DNA of 64,000 nt from Plasmodiophora brassicae (lineage: Eukaryota), in NCBI GenBank assembly GCA_036867785.1, contig CP145413.1, positions 930,001 through 994,000 of the forward strand. The letters are read 5' to 3'. Each line of letters opens with the position of its first letter. The first letter of the stretch is position 1. The notes beneath the pieces were generated by a model. That model saw only the letters and a list, made by a program, of their open reading frames with translations, was not told the origin of the DNA and did not search any database. A program made the position numbers and the translations under genes. Shown in pieces: positions 1 to 10,588 of the stretch.

Positions 1-475
1 TGCATCCGCGCCGGTTCCCTGATGATCGGGTCGGGCGGCGGTTCCAGATCGTCCGGCAGGAACAGTTCGATCTCGTCGCTCGCGTACCCGTCTACGACGT
101 CCTCGTCCGCCTCCTCGCGACGGAACGACAAATTCACCGACTGCACCGCATCCTGCGTCGACCAATCAGCGCCACCGGCGTAGACGACCGATACCCGATG
201 CGCCGCCGCACCCGCAGGTCGTCGTTCGCCCAGACGCGCTGCGACTGCGTCGACGACGGCGACTCGATCGGCGGCAAGGTCCGAGTCGACGCCATGCCGC
301 GCCCCGCGCCGTTCGGCACTGCGCAAACGGGTCAAGTGGCGGAGACCGGCCGAGAGCTACCCACACCTGCGCGACTGGGCCGCTGTGGGAACAGGCGCGG
401 CAGCCACGACTGTACGAACTGCAGCCTGCAGCGCGCACAACTGCATCGGGATAGACATATTTGCGGGATATGCAT
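1..475 (-). CDS. 5' part of a hypothetical protein running off the left edge
   Basis: Open acidic/Pro-rich frame at the edge (EEADEDVVDGYASDEIELFLPDDLEPPPDPIIREPARM); start uncertain. Confidence 0.35.
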
Positions 476-545
476 ATGTAGTGTTTATGGACATTATGTC
501 TATTCGTCGAATCGATAATTACAGAGATGCCAGCGGCTGGGTCGG

Positions 546-2180
546 TCAGTCCACAAAGGACACGCCGCTGGGATAGAACGGGACGCTGTCGAGCCTCGGG
601 AAGGCGGTCAACCAGTTGGCCAGCGCGTTCATGGCGACGACGGCGATCGCGAACAGGACGCCGGCGACCGAGTACTCGATGAACCCGGCGGCGGCGTTGC
701 CCGGGTACGTGTGCCGCCACCTGCTGGCGTCGCCGAGTTGCGCCGGAGGCACACTGAACCCGAACAGCCGCCTGCCTAGGAAATGCCCGAGAACGGCAAC
801 CGGCATCGCGGTCGTCAGCGCGAACGGGACCCGCAAGTCCATCTGCCTGGTCGGCCGGCCGGATGCATGCGGCCGTGTCACCAGGTACAGCGCCTGGGCA
901 GCAGCAACCAGGCCGAGGGCGGTTTCTTTCGACAGCCGCAGGTTGAGTCGGGAGAGGGATCGCGTGAGTGCTGATCCGGTGCGGGGAGTCGGAAGGGTTC
1001 CTGCATCTCCACCGCATGACGAGTCGCCTCGTTGTACACGATCGTCGACCGGAACGGATAGTGCAGGCCGGGAAGGCGACGGCTCATCGTTTGTCGTTAA
1101 CGACCCGGTACCTGGATCAGGACCACCGTCCTCGGCGCTCGTTGCCACCGGAGGATGCCGAGCATATCTGACAGTACAGCCTTCGTCCGGCCATTGGCTC
1201 CCTGTTCGTACCGTTGGCGACACCTTGGTAGAGCACTGGGACGGATCCCTGCGAACGCGGCTGACGATACGATCGTCCTTCTTCTGCTTGCATTCGTCGT
1301 CTCCGTCGTAACCCGAGGTAATGGAAGGACGCAGCTGTGGCGTCATGGTGCCTTGATGTCGGTCAGGCGTGTACCGGTGATCCAGTGATGTTTGTGATGG
1401 TTGAAGGCGGCCATCGGCGGAACAGGGACGCACCGTCACCTCGTCCATGCACTCTTGGAATTCAGGTGTTACGGGGCCCCTCACTGCGAACGTGCGGGAC
1501 CGATGAAGCGCCACGTGTGCCGCCGGTCTACGAACTTCAGGCTCGCCTTCGGGTTCGCCTTCGGGTCCGCTGGCGGCCTCAGCGTCGGTTTCAGGTTCAA
1601 CGTCGGCAAATACACCGCTCGAAAGCGACGGCCTGGGATCCAAATGCAAATCGGCCAGACCGTCCGCCATCTCGACGCCGTTGTCGTCATCGGCATCCTT
1701 GGGACGCATCCTCTGTGGGTACGAAAAGCTGCCCGCTGAGTGCAACGTGGGAAAGTCGGACATGTCGCTGGACGACCGATAGGTCGATACTGCTCCAAGC
1801 TCGATCCCTAGGCCCTTCAAGTGTTCACCTCCATTGGCGTCCGGTTCACGCTGTTCGTCGGCAAACTCGATATCGGAGAGCAGGTCGACATCGCTAACAG
1901 ACGTGCACGTCGACGCTGCATCGCCATTGTGGAATATCGTCGAATCCTCACCCACGACCTCGTCCATGGAACGATGGCGGGGAAGGCCATCCCTGTGTGA
2001 ATCGCGGCCGTCAGCCGTGCCCGGCATCGGCGAGGCCATGCGGGCGGGCCGCGGGTCGACGACGACGCCCGGGTCCCAGGCATCGACATCGCTGTCGTCA
2101 TTGTCGTGCAAGATCGCGACGGCGGCGTGGGCGAGGACAGCCGCCGCCATGATGATGGCGGCTGACCGGGGCGGCGGCAT
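546..2180 (-). CDS. Hypothetical protein with signal peptide-like N-terminus, long acidic disordered region and C-terminal hydrophobic helices
   Basis: Long intronless ORF; MPPPRSAAIIMAAAVLAHAAVA start; several hydrophobic segments near the C-terminus. Confidence 0.6.
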   Translation of the reverse strand: MPPPRSAAIIMAAAVLAHAAVAILHDNDDSDVDAWDPGVVVDPRPARMASPMPGTADGRDSHRDGLPRHRSMDEVVGEDSTIFHNGDAASTCTSVSDVDLLSDIEFADEQREPDANGGEHLKGLGIELGAVSTYRSSSDMSDFPTLHSAGSFSYPQRMRPKDADDDNGVEMADGLADLHLDPRPSLSSGVFADVEPETDAEAASGPEGEPEGEPEVRRPAAHVALHRSRTFAVRGPVTPEFQECMDEVTVRPCSADGRLQPSQTSLDHRYTPDRHQGTMTPQLRPSITSGYDGDDECKQKKDDRIVSRVRRDPSQCSTKVSPTVRTGSQWPDEGCTVRYARHPPVATSAEDGGPDPGTGSLTTNDEPSPSRPALSVPVDDRVQRGDSSCGGDAGTLPTPRTGSALTRSLSRLNLRLSKETALGLVAAAQALYLVTRPHASGRPTRQMDLRVPFALTTAMPVAVLGHFLGRRLFGFSVPPAQLGDASRWRHTYPGNAAAGFIEYSVAGVLFAIAVVAMNALANWLTAFPRLDSVPFYPSGVSFVD

Positions 2181-2539
2181 CGCGATAAAACGCAGTCCGC
2201 TCACACCCGCACCGGACATTCGGCTCCAGCCGACTGCGCGTGCGGCTATTCCTGTCACCCCCACCACACCCGCCTGCGTCGCCGCTGCACACCGCGCCCG
2301 TTGGGGAGACGGCCTGCACGGCTGCACCAACCCGTCGGATCAGTAAAACATGACGCGTCGGACGCACGTTGATGCCCGTTGGTAGGCGAAACTGGTCCCA
2401 ATCATACCGCGCTGGGTACGCCGGGGACAGACGTGCTGGAGTATTGTTGCGGGGCGCATCGGTTCCGCCCGGGGGCGTGATGGAGATGTTCCACACACCT
2501 GCCCCGGGTCACATCTGGGCGCTAATGTGAATGCGATCC

Positions 2540-2690
2540 TGCGGCAACCGCGCGTCGTCCAGCCGAGCGGGTTCTTTCGGTACGGCGGTTGCACGGCAAC
2601 GCTCTGCCCGTCTGGCGAATGGGTTGGATGCGCCCACCCACCTCCTGTGCAGAGTGGGGATCCGCGCGGCGAGTTTCGCGGAGAATGCGA
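2540..2690 (+). pseudogene. Degenerate relic of the 3' end of the LGPEL-family secreted gene
   Basis: ttcggtacggcggttgcacggcaacgctc closely matches ttcggtacggcggctacacggcaacgctc at about 3717-3745 (RYGGCTATL vs RYGGYTATL). Confidence 0.65.
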
Positions 2691-2748
2691 ATTGCGCGAC
2701 TGGGACTAGACTTGCCGTAGACCGACCCGGAACCGGGCGACCGTCATC

Positions 2749-3870
2749 ATGAGCGGCTGGGATGCTGTGCTCCTCCTACTGGTTGCGGTCAGCAGCGGTG
2801 CCGTCTCCTTCTCGATGCTGGGGCCGGAGCTGTGCCCATGGGAGATTATGGAGGGCGAGTACCTGTCCGTCGACCTGGCGGGGAACGCGACGGAATCGTC
2901 ACTGGATTCGGCAGCGCGCGACATCGCGCTTGTCGCCCTAGCCACGTCCAGCGACGCCATGGCATGCCTGGCGAACCTGTTGGGTATGGTCCGAGATGGG
3001 ACGTCGTCGAGAATCCTTATTCCGCCCCATCTGGTCGGCCCCATGCAACATCGCGCTGTCGCAGCGTTCATCAACGTTGTTGCGGCACATTACCCGCGCC
3101 ATCGAATGCGTCTTTTACAGGCCGCATGTAAAGCAGGAGACATTCAGCTCCTGGAGGTGCTCAGGTCGCATGGTATAACGTTCTCGATGCCTGCGCCTGC
3201 TGCGCATCGGGCGGTCGCCAGCGCGCTTCGGATCGCTGGACGAGGGTTCGCCTTGCGCGAACCGATACCCGGCAACGACGGCGAGCTGCTCTGGCATATC
3301 CTGCTATGCAGGCGTGGCATGCAGGTGCTCGACAGCAGTGCGATGCCTTCGCACGGTACATGGCTGTCTGAGGCCATGTTTGAGACGGACCTCCTCGTCG
3401 TGCTGCTCGAGCACGGGTTCGAGCTGATGTCGGCAACGGACGGGACGCGGCTCCCGATGCCACTAGAAGCCGTGATCGCCACTCAACCCAACATTGACGC
3501 CGACTGGCAGTTGGCGATCCTGTCGAAGCTCGCCCGTCGCGGTGCCCAGATGACGCTCGTGGTGGAGCACCTGATCATGTCTACAGCGGAACGCATTGAG
3601 TCCGCCCTGTACCTGATGGAGACGTTCCACATGCGTCCTTCGTTCACTCCCGACTATATCGAGCTGATGATGAAAATGGAGAGCCACGACAACGTCCGTC
3701 GGGCCAAGTTGATCCTTCGGTACGGCGGCTACACGGCAACGCTCCCGAACGGCATGTCGCCCGCGCGGTACGCAACGATGCTCGGCCTGCACGACCTGGC
3801 CAAGGTGTTCGACGAATATGACGTCTACGCGCAGTGGCACGACGTTGCCACCCTGCTCGCCGAATGCTAG
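2749..3870 (+). CDS. Secreted effector-like protein, LGPEL family, with ankyrin-like C-terminal helices
   Basis: 373-aa intronless ORF, hydrophobic signal peptide, C-terminal LILRYGGYTATLPNGMSPARYA; clear paralog at 27143-28336. Confidence 0.8.
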   Translation: MSGWDAVLLLLVAVSSGAVSFSMLGPELCPWEIMEGEYLSVDLAGNATESSLDSAARDIALVALATSSDAMACLANLLGMVRDGTSSRILIPPHLVGPMQHRAVAAFINVVAAHYPRHRMRLLQAACKAGDIQLLEVLRSHGITFSMPAPAAHRAVASALRIAGRGFALREPIPGNDGELLWHILLCRRGMQVLDSSAMPSHGTWLSEAMFETDLLVVLLEHGFELMSATDGTRLPMPLEAVIATQPNIDADWQLAILSKLARRGAQMTLVVEHLIMSTAERIESALYLMETFHMRPSFTPDYIELMMKMESHDNVRRAKLILRYGGYTATLPNGMSPARYATMLGLHDLAKVFDEYDVYAQWHDVATLLAEC

Positions 3871-4073
3871 GCGTCCACCGGGCAATCCTTCTGAAACAAT
3901 ACCGAGGGCGGTTCTCATTGTTTCCTGGGGGCACTCTTGCAGTAGTACGGTCGGCAGTGTGCTGCTGACAATGGCGATCATCAGTAGTTTGCGGCACATC
4001 TCTTCGTCAGAGTGCCTCTGTTTACTGTTACGCCTGCGTCAACGGGCGACAGACCACGATGTAGTGCCAAGCG

Positions 4074-4601
4074 TCACGTCATCCAGTTCACGATGTAAAC
4101 GACGAGGAGCGAGGAGCCACCCACTCCGATCAACCAGCTAACTGTTAGGGCAGCATCGTACCTCGCCTGCGGCTTGCTTGCACTGTCGCCCGCCGACCCG
4201 TCATCTGTGTACGAGGAGGCCGACTTGGAACCAGTTCCACCTGGCTCGGCTGGTCTCATTTCACTGGAACTAGATCGGCTCCCATTGGGGACACGTGCCG
4301 GTTGATGCTGCTCCTCTTCGATGAGCCGGTCTAGAAGGTGCATGTTAACCGTCATTTGGAGGCGCGCTAGCTCCGTCTTGCTCATGCTAGAGAGCGGTGA
4401 CGTCGCGTTCGTCAGCATCGCCGTGTTTGGTCGTGTTCGTTGGAACGGACCCGCCGAAAGCGTCCTGCTGGTCATGCTCCAGCACCGACGAGCTGCGAAA
4501 CGCGCGAAGCAATGCATTGAATCCGGTGTTGTTCGGGCCGACGGATCGGCCGATTGTTGCACGAGCACATCACGTTGCTCGCGGGAAATCATGTCAGACA
4601 T
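4074..4601 (-). CDS. Hypothetical protein, probably spliced further 3'
   Basis: 177-aa ORF with no recognisable domain. Confidence 0.35.
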   Translation of the reverse strand: MSDMISREQRDVLVQQSADPSARTTPDSMHCFARFAARRCWSMTSRTLSAGPFQRTRPNTAMLTNATSPLSSMSKTELARLQMTVNMHLLDRLIEEEQHQPARVPNGSRSSSSEMRPAEPGGTGSKSASSYTDDGSAGDSASKPQARYDAALTVSWLIGVGGSSLLVVYIVNWMT

Positions 4602-4651
4602 GAGCACGACAACGTGTGTGGCAATAGCACGACGGGGTGGTGCCCAATGTA

Positions 4652-7075
4652 TTAAGCGAAGTGTTCTTCGGCTTCCTTCCGAACCTTACGTGTCATCTGC
4701 CTACGGGCGTTCTGGTCAAGGGTCTTCTTCCGCAGGCGGATGTGGCTGGGCGTAATCTCGACCATCTCGTCCTCGTTGATGTAGGTGAGAGCCGTTTCAA
4801 TCGTCATAGAGCGGGGCGGGGACAGCCTAATGGCTTCGTCGGAGCCGGCCGCCCGCATGTTGGACAGCTTCTTCTCTTTGGCCGGGTTCACGTCAAGGTC
4901 GGCCTCGCGGGAGTGCTCCCCAACAATCATGCCTTCGTAGACTTCTTCTCCAGGCCCGATGAATAGTTGGCCGCGGTCCTCAAGACTCCCCAATGCAAAC
5001 GACGTCGACGTCCCTCGAGCTAAAACAGCCAAATTAGACGCGAGGAACGACAACAATGATGAAACGTACCAGAGGCAACAAGAGCCCCCTTTCGAATAGC
5101 ACCGGTACCGGTCGCCTTCTTCTGGTATGAGTGGAATGCACAGCACATAATCCCTGAGTCGCCGTTAAGACAGTAACAGGTGTTCAGTCTACCACCTGGA
5201 CATACCGCCCCCCTTGGTGTCGGTTAAGAACTCGTTGCGATAGCCGATCAGGAGACGCGATGGAACGTGGAAGACGAGACGTGTCCGGTCACCAGAATCC
5301 GAATTATACAGTTGCATCGAAGCGCCGCGTCTCTGCATCTTGTCGATGACAATGCTGGCCATGTCAGCGTCGACGTCAATGGTAACCTACCGAAACCATT
5401 GTGTGAATACGGCAAGTACAGGAAACGAAGCGAACACACCTCCTCCCAAGGTTCAAGGATATCGTTCGTCTGTTTGTCCTTCCGGAACAGAACCCTCGGG
5501 GGCGACACGCACAGCTCGAAGCCCTCTCGTCGCATCTGCTCGATCAGGATGCCCATTTGCAATTCTCCGCGACCGGCAACGTCAACACTCTCGGACGTGT
5601 GCGACCCAGGACGCAAGGAGATGGTCACGTTGTTCTCGCACTCCTTGTTCTGTACGCGGACAGGTTAGGTCGCTGGTGGTCCCAGGCAACGCACCCAGGA
5701 CATACCAACCGGTTCTTGATCGCAGTTGATGTCACATTAGAACCGTCTTGGCCGGCAAGAGGACCTGGCCTAAACAGTCAGACAAAACGACAGGCAGTGC
5801 CTGCAAACAGCTGACGAACCGTCGTTCACGGAGAACGTCATCGAAATCGTCGGCGGGTCCAGCGGCAATGATTTCAGAGCCTCAGCAACGTTAGGGTCGG
5901 CCACGGTTTCCGTTACTCCAGCGCGAATGCCTGCAAGGGAAACAATATCCCCGGCCCCGACAGCATCCATATCTGCAGGGTCGACAGTTAGAACTCGTAC
6001 TGTCCATCAGAAGCCCAACACCCTCACCGAATTTGGCCAGGCCCTCTCTCGACATCAGCTTCGTGATCTTTCCTTCACTGACCAGGTTGCCGTCGCGGTC
6101 AAGGCATTTGACGGGGTCGCCAACCTTCCCGACACCACTGTAGACCTACACGATAATCATTCAGTGTTGGTGTCGGCACACTCTCGCACTGGAATACCTT
6201 GCCGGTGACGATCCGGCCAACGTAATCGTCATGCTCGATCGAAGTGACTAGCATCGTGAACGGTCCCTCACGGGACGCTACCGGCGAGGGTATGCGGTCA
6301 ACGATGGCGTCGAACAAAGGTGTCAGGTTCTTGTCCTTGTCATGCTCCTGAGCGAGGTCGGCAACCGCCCACCCCTGTTTCGCTGAACAGTACAGAACTG
6401 GGAACTCAAGCTGCTCATCGTCGGCATCCAGGTTGACGAACAGGTCGAAAATCTCGTTTTCAACGCCGCCCGGAATCCTCCTTGAATCCCTGTCGACCTT
6501 GTTGATGACGACAATCGGCAGGCACTTCGCCTGGAGCGCCTTGGAGAGGACGAACTTGGTTTGCGGCATCGGGCCTTCGCTTGCATCCACCTATCCATCC
6601 AGCAATCAGCGCACAGGCGCCTGGCACTGGGGCATGGGCAACCAAACGAACCACAAGAACGACGCCCTCAACCATCGATATGATTCGCTCGACTTCACCG
6701 CCAAAGTCAGAGTGCCCGGGAGTATCGACGACATTGAATATGTGGTCTTTGTACTGGAGCCGCGTGCACTTCGACATGATCGTAATACCTGCCAACATCG
6801 TGATGAACTCACCCCACCCAGTGGCAGATCCGCGATACCGAACCTCGTTCCTTCTCGAGCGCAATGTTATCCATGACGCGGTCGCCTTGCACCTGACACC
6901 CGGCCTGCAGGAGCATCTCGTTGACCAGCGTGGTCTTGCCGTGATCGACGTGCGCCACGATGGCGACGTTACGGATCATGTCGATCTTGGGCAGGCTCAG
7001 GCCGGCGGTCGAGAGCAACCTCGTCGTCGCCCCCGTCCTCGTCATCATCGGCATAACGCGACGTACGCCCCACAT
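4652..7075 (-). CDS. typA: TypA/BipA translational GTPase, probably mitochondrial, multi-exon
   Basis: [61 protein letters not shown]-terminal [24 protein letters not shown]; Arg-rich N-terminal presequence. Confidence 0.93.
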
Positions 7076-7428
7076 GACGCTCGCCAGACGAGAACGGCCA
7101 CCGTCCGGCCGGAACGATGCGACGGGTACCCGGGACTCGACAACTGTGGCGCCCGCGCCGGGTCCGTACGGCGAGCCAGAGCGGCACTCGTGGGGACCGG
7201 TTTGGGCTTGCTAACATCTGCGATGTACACACTGTCAGGCGCCGGGTTAACCTTTGATGACACGGCCGACGTACCTCGATTAGTGGGGGAGGGGGGAGTA
7301 AATAAGGAAAGTAGTAGAAGGGGGGAGGGGGCATGAGGGTCTCGACGAGGCGATGCGGTCTTAGAACTGACCAACAACGATACGGTTAGCGAACGAGGAC
7401 GTCGCTTCACGCGTCACCGCACGAACCT

Positions 7429-8547
7429 TTACGAATCCTGCATCAGGAAGGCGACCCATTCCATGCATGTTGCCACGTTATTAACGGGTCGGACGCCGGT
7501 CGCCTTCCTGAGCAGGTCGCGTTGCCCGTCGTAGACCAGATGCAAGGTGGCGGCCGCCAACACCGACGCTTTAAACCGGAACCGGTCGGTGTAGAGCAGG
7601 GCCTTCGTCAGCAGATACACGACGCGAGCGAACCGAGGCAGGTCGAGCAGCGCGTCGCGATCCGCCGATCCTTGCTCTGAGCAGTCGAGCGCTCTGACCA
7701 GATAGAGCTCGGCCCAGTGCACGGCCAGGGTTGGGTGCAAACGCCATTGCAGCGTGTCGCACAGGCCCGTTTCGACTCGTACGAGGTACCCTGGAACGCA
7801 CGCCCCTGCGAGGTCCTTGCACAGGCCGTCCAAAGGCGGGGCGGAACCCTGTATGGGACAGACGCAGTCAGGGTACAGAACACGCCGACGAACGACAGCC
7901 GTGGACCGACCTGGTCCAGGATCTTGCTCGCCACGAGGACGGCGGCCGCACCGACGACGCGACAGCGGAACGGCGTCGTGTCGGGCCGCAGGAGCAGGAA
8001 CCGATCCAGGTAGTCGACCGCGTGGTGCAGGCATTCCGTCGTCAGCCTGTAGGTCCGGCAGGCCTCATGCATCCACAGGACGACCGCCGTTCGACAATTC
8101 GGGGGGCCTAGGTCGCCTGGTGTGGGCAGAGCGCGCGCGTATGAGGCCTGCCGGACCAGCATCGTCTGCACCCACGCGATCGACCCGCCCTTGTACAGGC
8201 CGTCGTACTGGTCGCGCCGGATCCATGACCACGTCCCCTATCGCCCGACCCTGTCAGCAACCATGCGACGCCCCTGTGGCCGCTGCTGCTGTAGGCACGG
8301 CTGTCACCCTTCGTACCTTCGAGACGTGCCCCGACGCCGACCCGGTATCGACCTTGGGCTGACCGCCCCCCTCGTCCTGGTCGCGCTCGTCGCGATGGCA
8401 CGTGGGGTCAGTCGTGCACGGCCCCGCTGCGGTCGCTGTCGACGACAACGCCTTGCGCTTCCGTCTGTAGACGGCGTAGACCGCCAACGCGCCTCCCGCT
8501 GCCAGCAGGGCACCAACCCCGGCGATCAGTTTCGCTCGACACGACAT
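7429..8547 (-). CDS. Cyclin (two cyclin folds) with N-terminal transmembrane signal-anchor; 3 exons
   Basis: Cyclin box RTAVVLWMHEACRTYRLTTECLHHAVDYLDRFL..VGAAAVLVASK, then VETGLCDTLQWRL and RFKASVLAAATL; exon 1 MSCRAKLIAGVGALLAAGGALAVYAVYRRKRK. Confidence 0.8.
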
Positions 8548-9256
8548 CCAGTCGCCAAGTCGATTAACAACTGAGTCCGTTTCAGTGCCGGGTCGAATCT
8601 TGGGACCGGACGTGTGGGCGCGTGCCCTGGATCGATCCGGGTACCCGGTCGCACTGCCCCCACCTCGTTCCGACTGGCACACCGTTGGCGAACGAGATGT
8701 TCAGGCACGGTCGATGGTGATGCCATGGCGTTCCTGACGGGGGGGGGCGGGGGGGGGGGGGGGGGGGGGGGGGAATGGACGAACGACGGTCAGCCTAAGA
8801 TCGGTACCGGGTCGGCGTCGGAACACGTCCCCAAGGTACGAAGGATGACAGCCGTGCCTACAGCAGCAGCGGCCACAGGGGCGTCGCATGGTTTCTGACA
8901 GGGTTGGGCGATAGGGGACGTGGTCGTGGATCCGGCGCGACCAGTACGACGGCCTGTACAAGGGCGGGTCGATCGCGTGGGTGCAGACGATGGTGGTCCG
9001 GCAGGCCTCATACGCGCGCGCTCTGCCCACACCAGGCGACATAGGCCCCCCGAATTGTCGAACGGCGCTCGTCCTGAGGATGCACGAGGCCTGCCGGACC
9101 TACAGGCTGACGACGGAATGCCTGCACCACGCGGTCGACTACCTGGATCGGTTCCTGCTCCTGCTGCCCGACACGACGCCGTCCCGCTGTCGCGTCGTCG
9201 GTGCAGCCGCCGTCCTCGTGGCGAGCAAGGTCCTGGACCAGGTCAGCCCATGGCTG
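7895..9256. repeat. Inverted repeat: arms about 7895-8365 and 8787-9256, spacer about 420 bp
   Basis: Arms are reverse complements with scattered substitutions and encode near-identical peptides on opposite strands. Confidence 0.93.
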
Positions 9257-9259
9257 TAG
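8725..9259 (+). pseudogene. Truncated inverted duplicate of the cyclin, with poly-Gly N-terminus and first cyclin fold only
   Basis: MAFLTGGGG.. start; cyclin box LWMHE changed to LRMHE; homology ends at the second intron. Confidence 0.7.
8739..8773 (+). repeat. Poly-G tract (35 nt, one C interruption)
   Basis: Directly visible. Confidence 0.95.
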
Positions 9260-9958
9260 GCCACCCCGAATGCTTGAACGGCGGTCGTCGTGTGGACGGA
9301 CGAGGCCTGCCCGACTCGCACGCTGCCTAGGCGGTCTGATCTCGCAACCACAACGGTTCAGTGTGTCCATGCCGTTCCACAATCGCGAAAATCCCAATTA
9401 CACCGACACCTTCGGCTTGTACCGCTTGCGGTGAAATACACCTGCGCCCGTCCAACGGACGAATGCCTTCTGCATCGGCGTCCCTGACAATGCCGACAAC
9501 GGCGTTAGGGGTCCCCAGGCTGGCGGCATTTGTCCCGATCATCTCTGGGTGTCCTTGCACGGCAGACTTCGCTTATTGAGATCACCTTCGCGCTCAGGTT
9601 GGTCTACGGAGGCGTTTTCTGGCGGCAGGTCGGCTGCGACGACGGTACATGCCGGGAGCTCGCTACGAACCGGGTGCATCAGCGGGCACCGACATCGGCC
9701 GGCTTCCCTACAGACACTGTGATTGGTACTATACAGAGTACACATACGGCCATTGTGTATAGTCTACGAATAAAGTAGATCCACGTCTCGGTTCTTTGAT
9801 TGCCACCAACCGGATCGGCAGGTTCGACGTGTTTCTCACATCGCTTGCGAAGCGCAATGCATCGCCCGGCCTTGATTATAGGTGCCGCATTGTGTCCGGC
9901 CCCGGGTGCGGTGCGCGGGGGGTCCGTCGGTGGGGTTCGCAAGGCTCGCGGTGCCGCC

Positions 9959-10428
9959 ATGTCGACGACGTTCGTTGGGCGCGTCCTGGTAATCGGCCTG
10001 CTCCGAGGTACCTGCACAGGTTGGCGGCCGCTTATCCGACTGTGTCGCAGAACACGAAGATGACGAAGACGGTCGTTGTCCTGGTCAATCGCTTCACGAC
10101 CCATCCGCTCTACAACAAGCGCATGCGGAAGACGAAGAAGTTCATGGCGCACGATGAGGGTAGGGTCGCGTTGGATTCGCGTCATTGCTCGCCCCGGTTG
10201 ACGTGATCCCGTCCAGACGAAGCCGCCGGCGTCGGCGACCTGGTCCTAATCCGCACGTCTCGCCCGTACAGCAAACGCAAGAAGTTCATCCTGAAGGAGA
10301 TCCTCAAACGCTCGCCGCAGTTCCTGTACGAACAGTCGTTGAAGGACGCCGCTGCTACGGCTGCTGCTGCTGATGCTGCTGCCGCCGGCACAGAGCGCTC
10401 GACAGCGGCGGCCACGGGCGAATCGTGA
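9959..10428 (+). CDS. MRPS17: Mitochondrial ribosomal protein uS17m; 2 introns
   Basis: FVGRVL|NTKMTKTVVVLVNRFTTHPLYNKRMRKTKKFMAHDE|DEAAGVGDLVLIRTSRPYSKRKKF. Confidence 0.92.
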
Positions 10429-10588
10429 CGCACGTGTGCGAATACAGGTTGCCAGCGCATCAAATATAGGGCGAGCGGCCGAGCGCGGGCGCGGCCCTGA
10501 CGACGACGCGCCACACCGTCCGTGAAGGGGATCCCCCCACAGTCACTGCCTGGGGACGCGACGCCCGTCAGCGCAGCGAACGGCGACG

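Noticed and set aside
4652-7075. TypA/BipA as recent bacterial transfer or contamination
   Set aside because: Many spliceosomal introns and an organellar presequence; organellar TypA is known in eukaryotes
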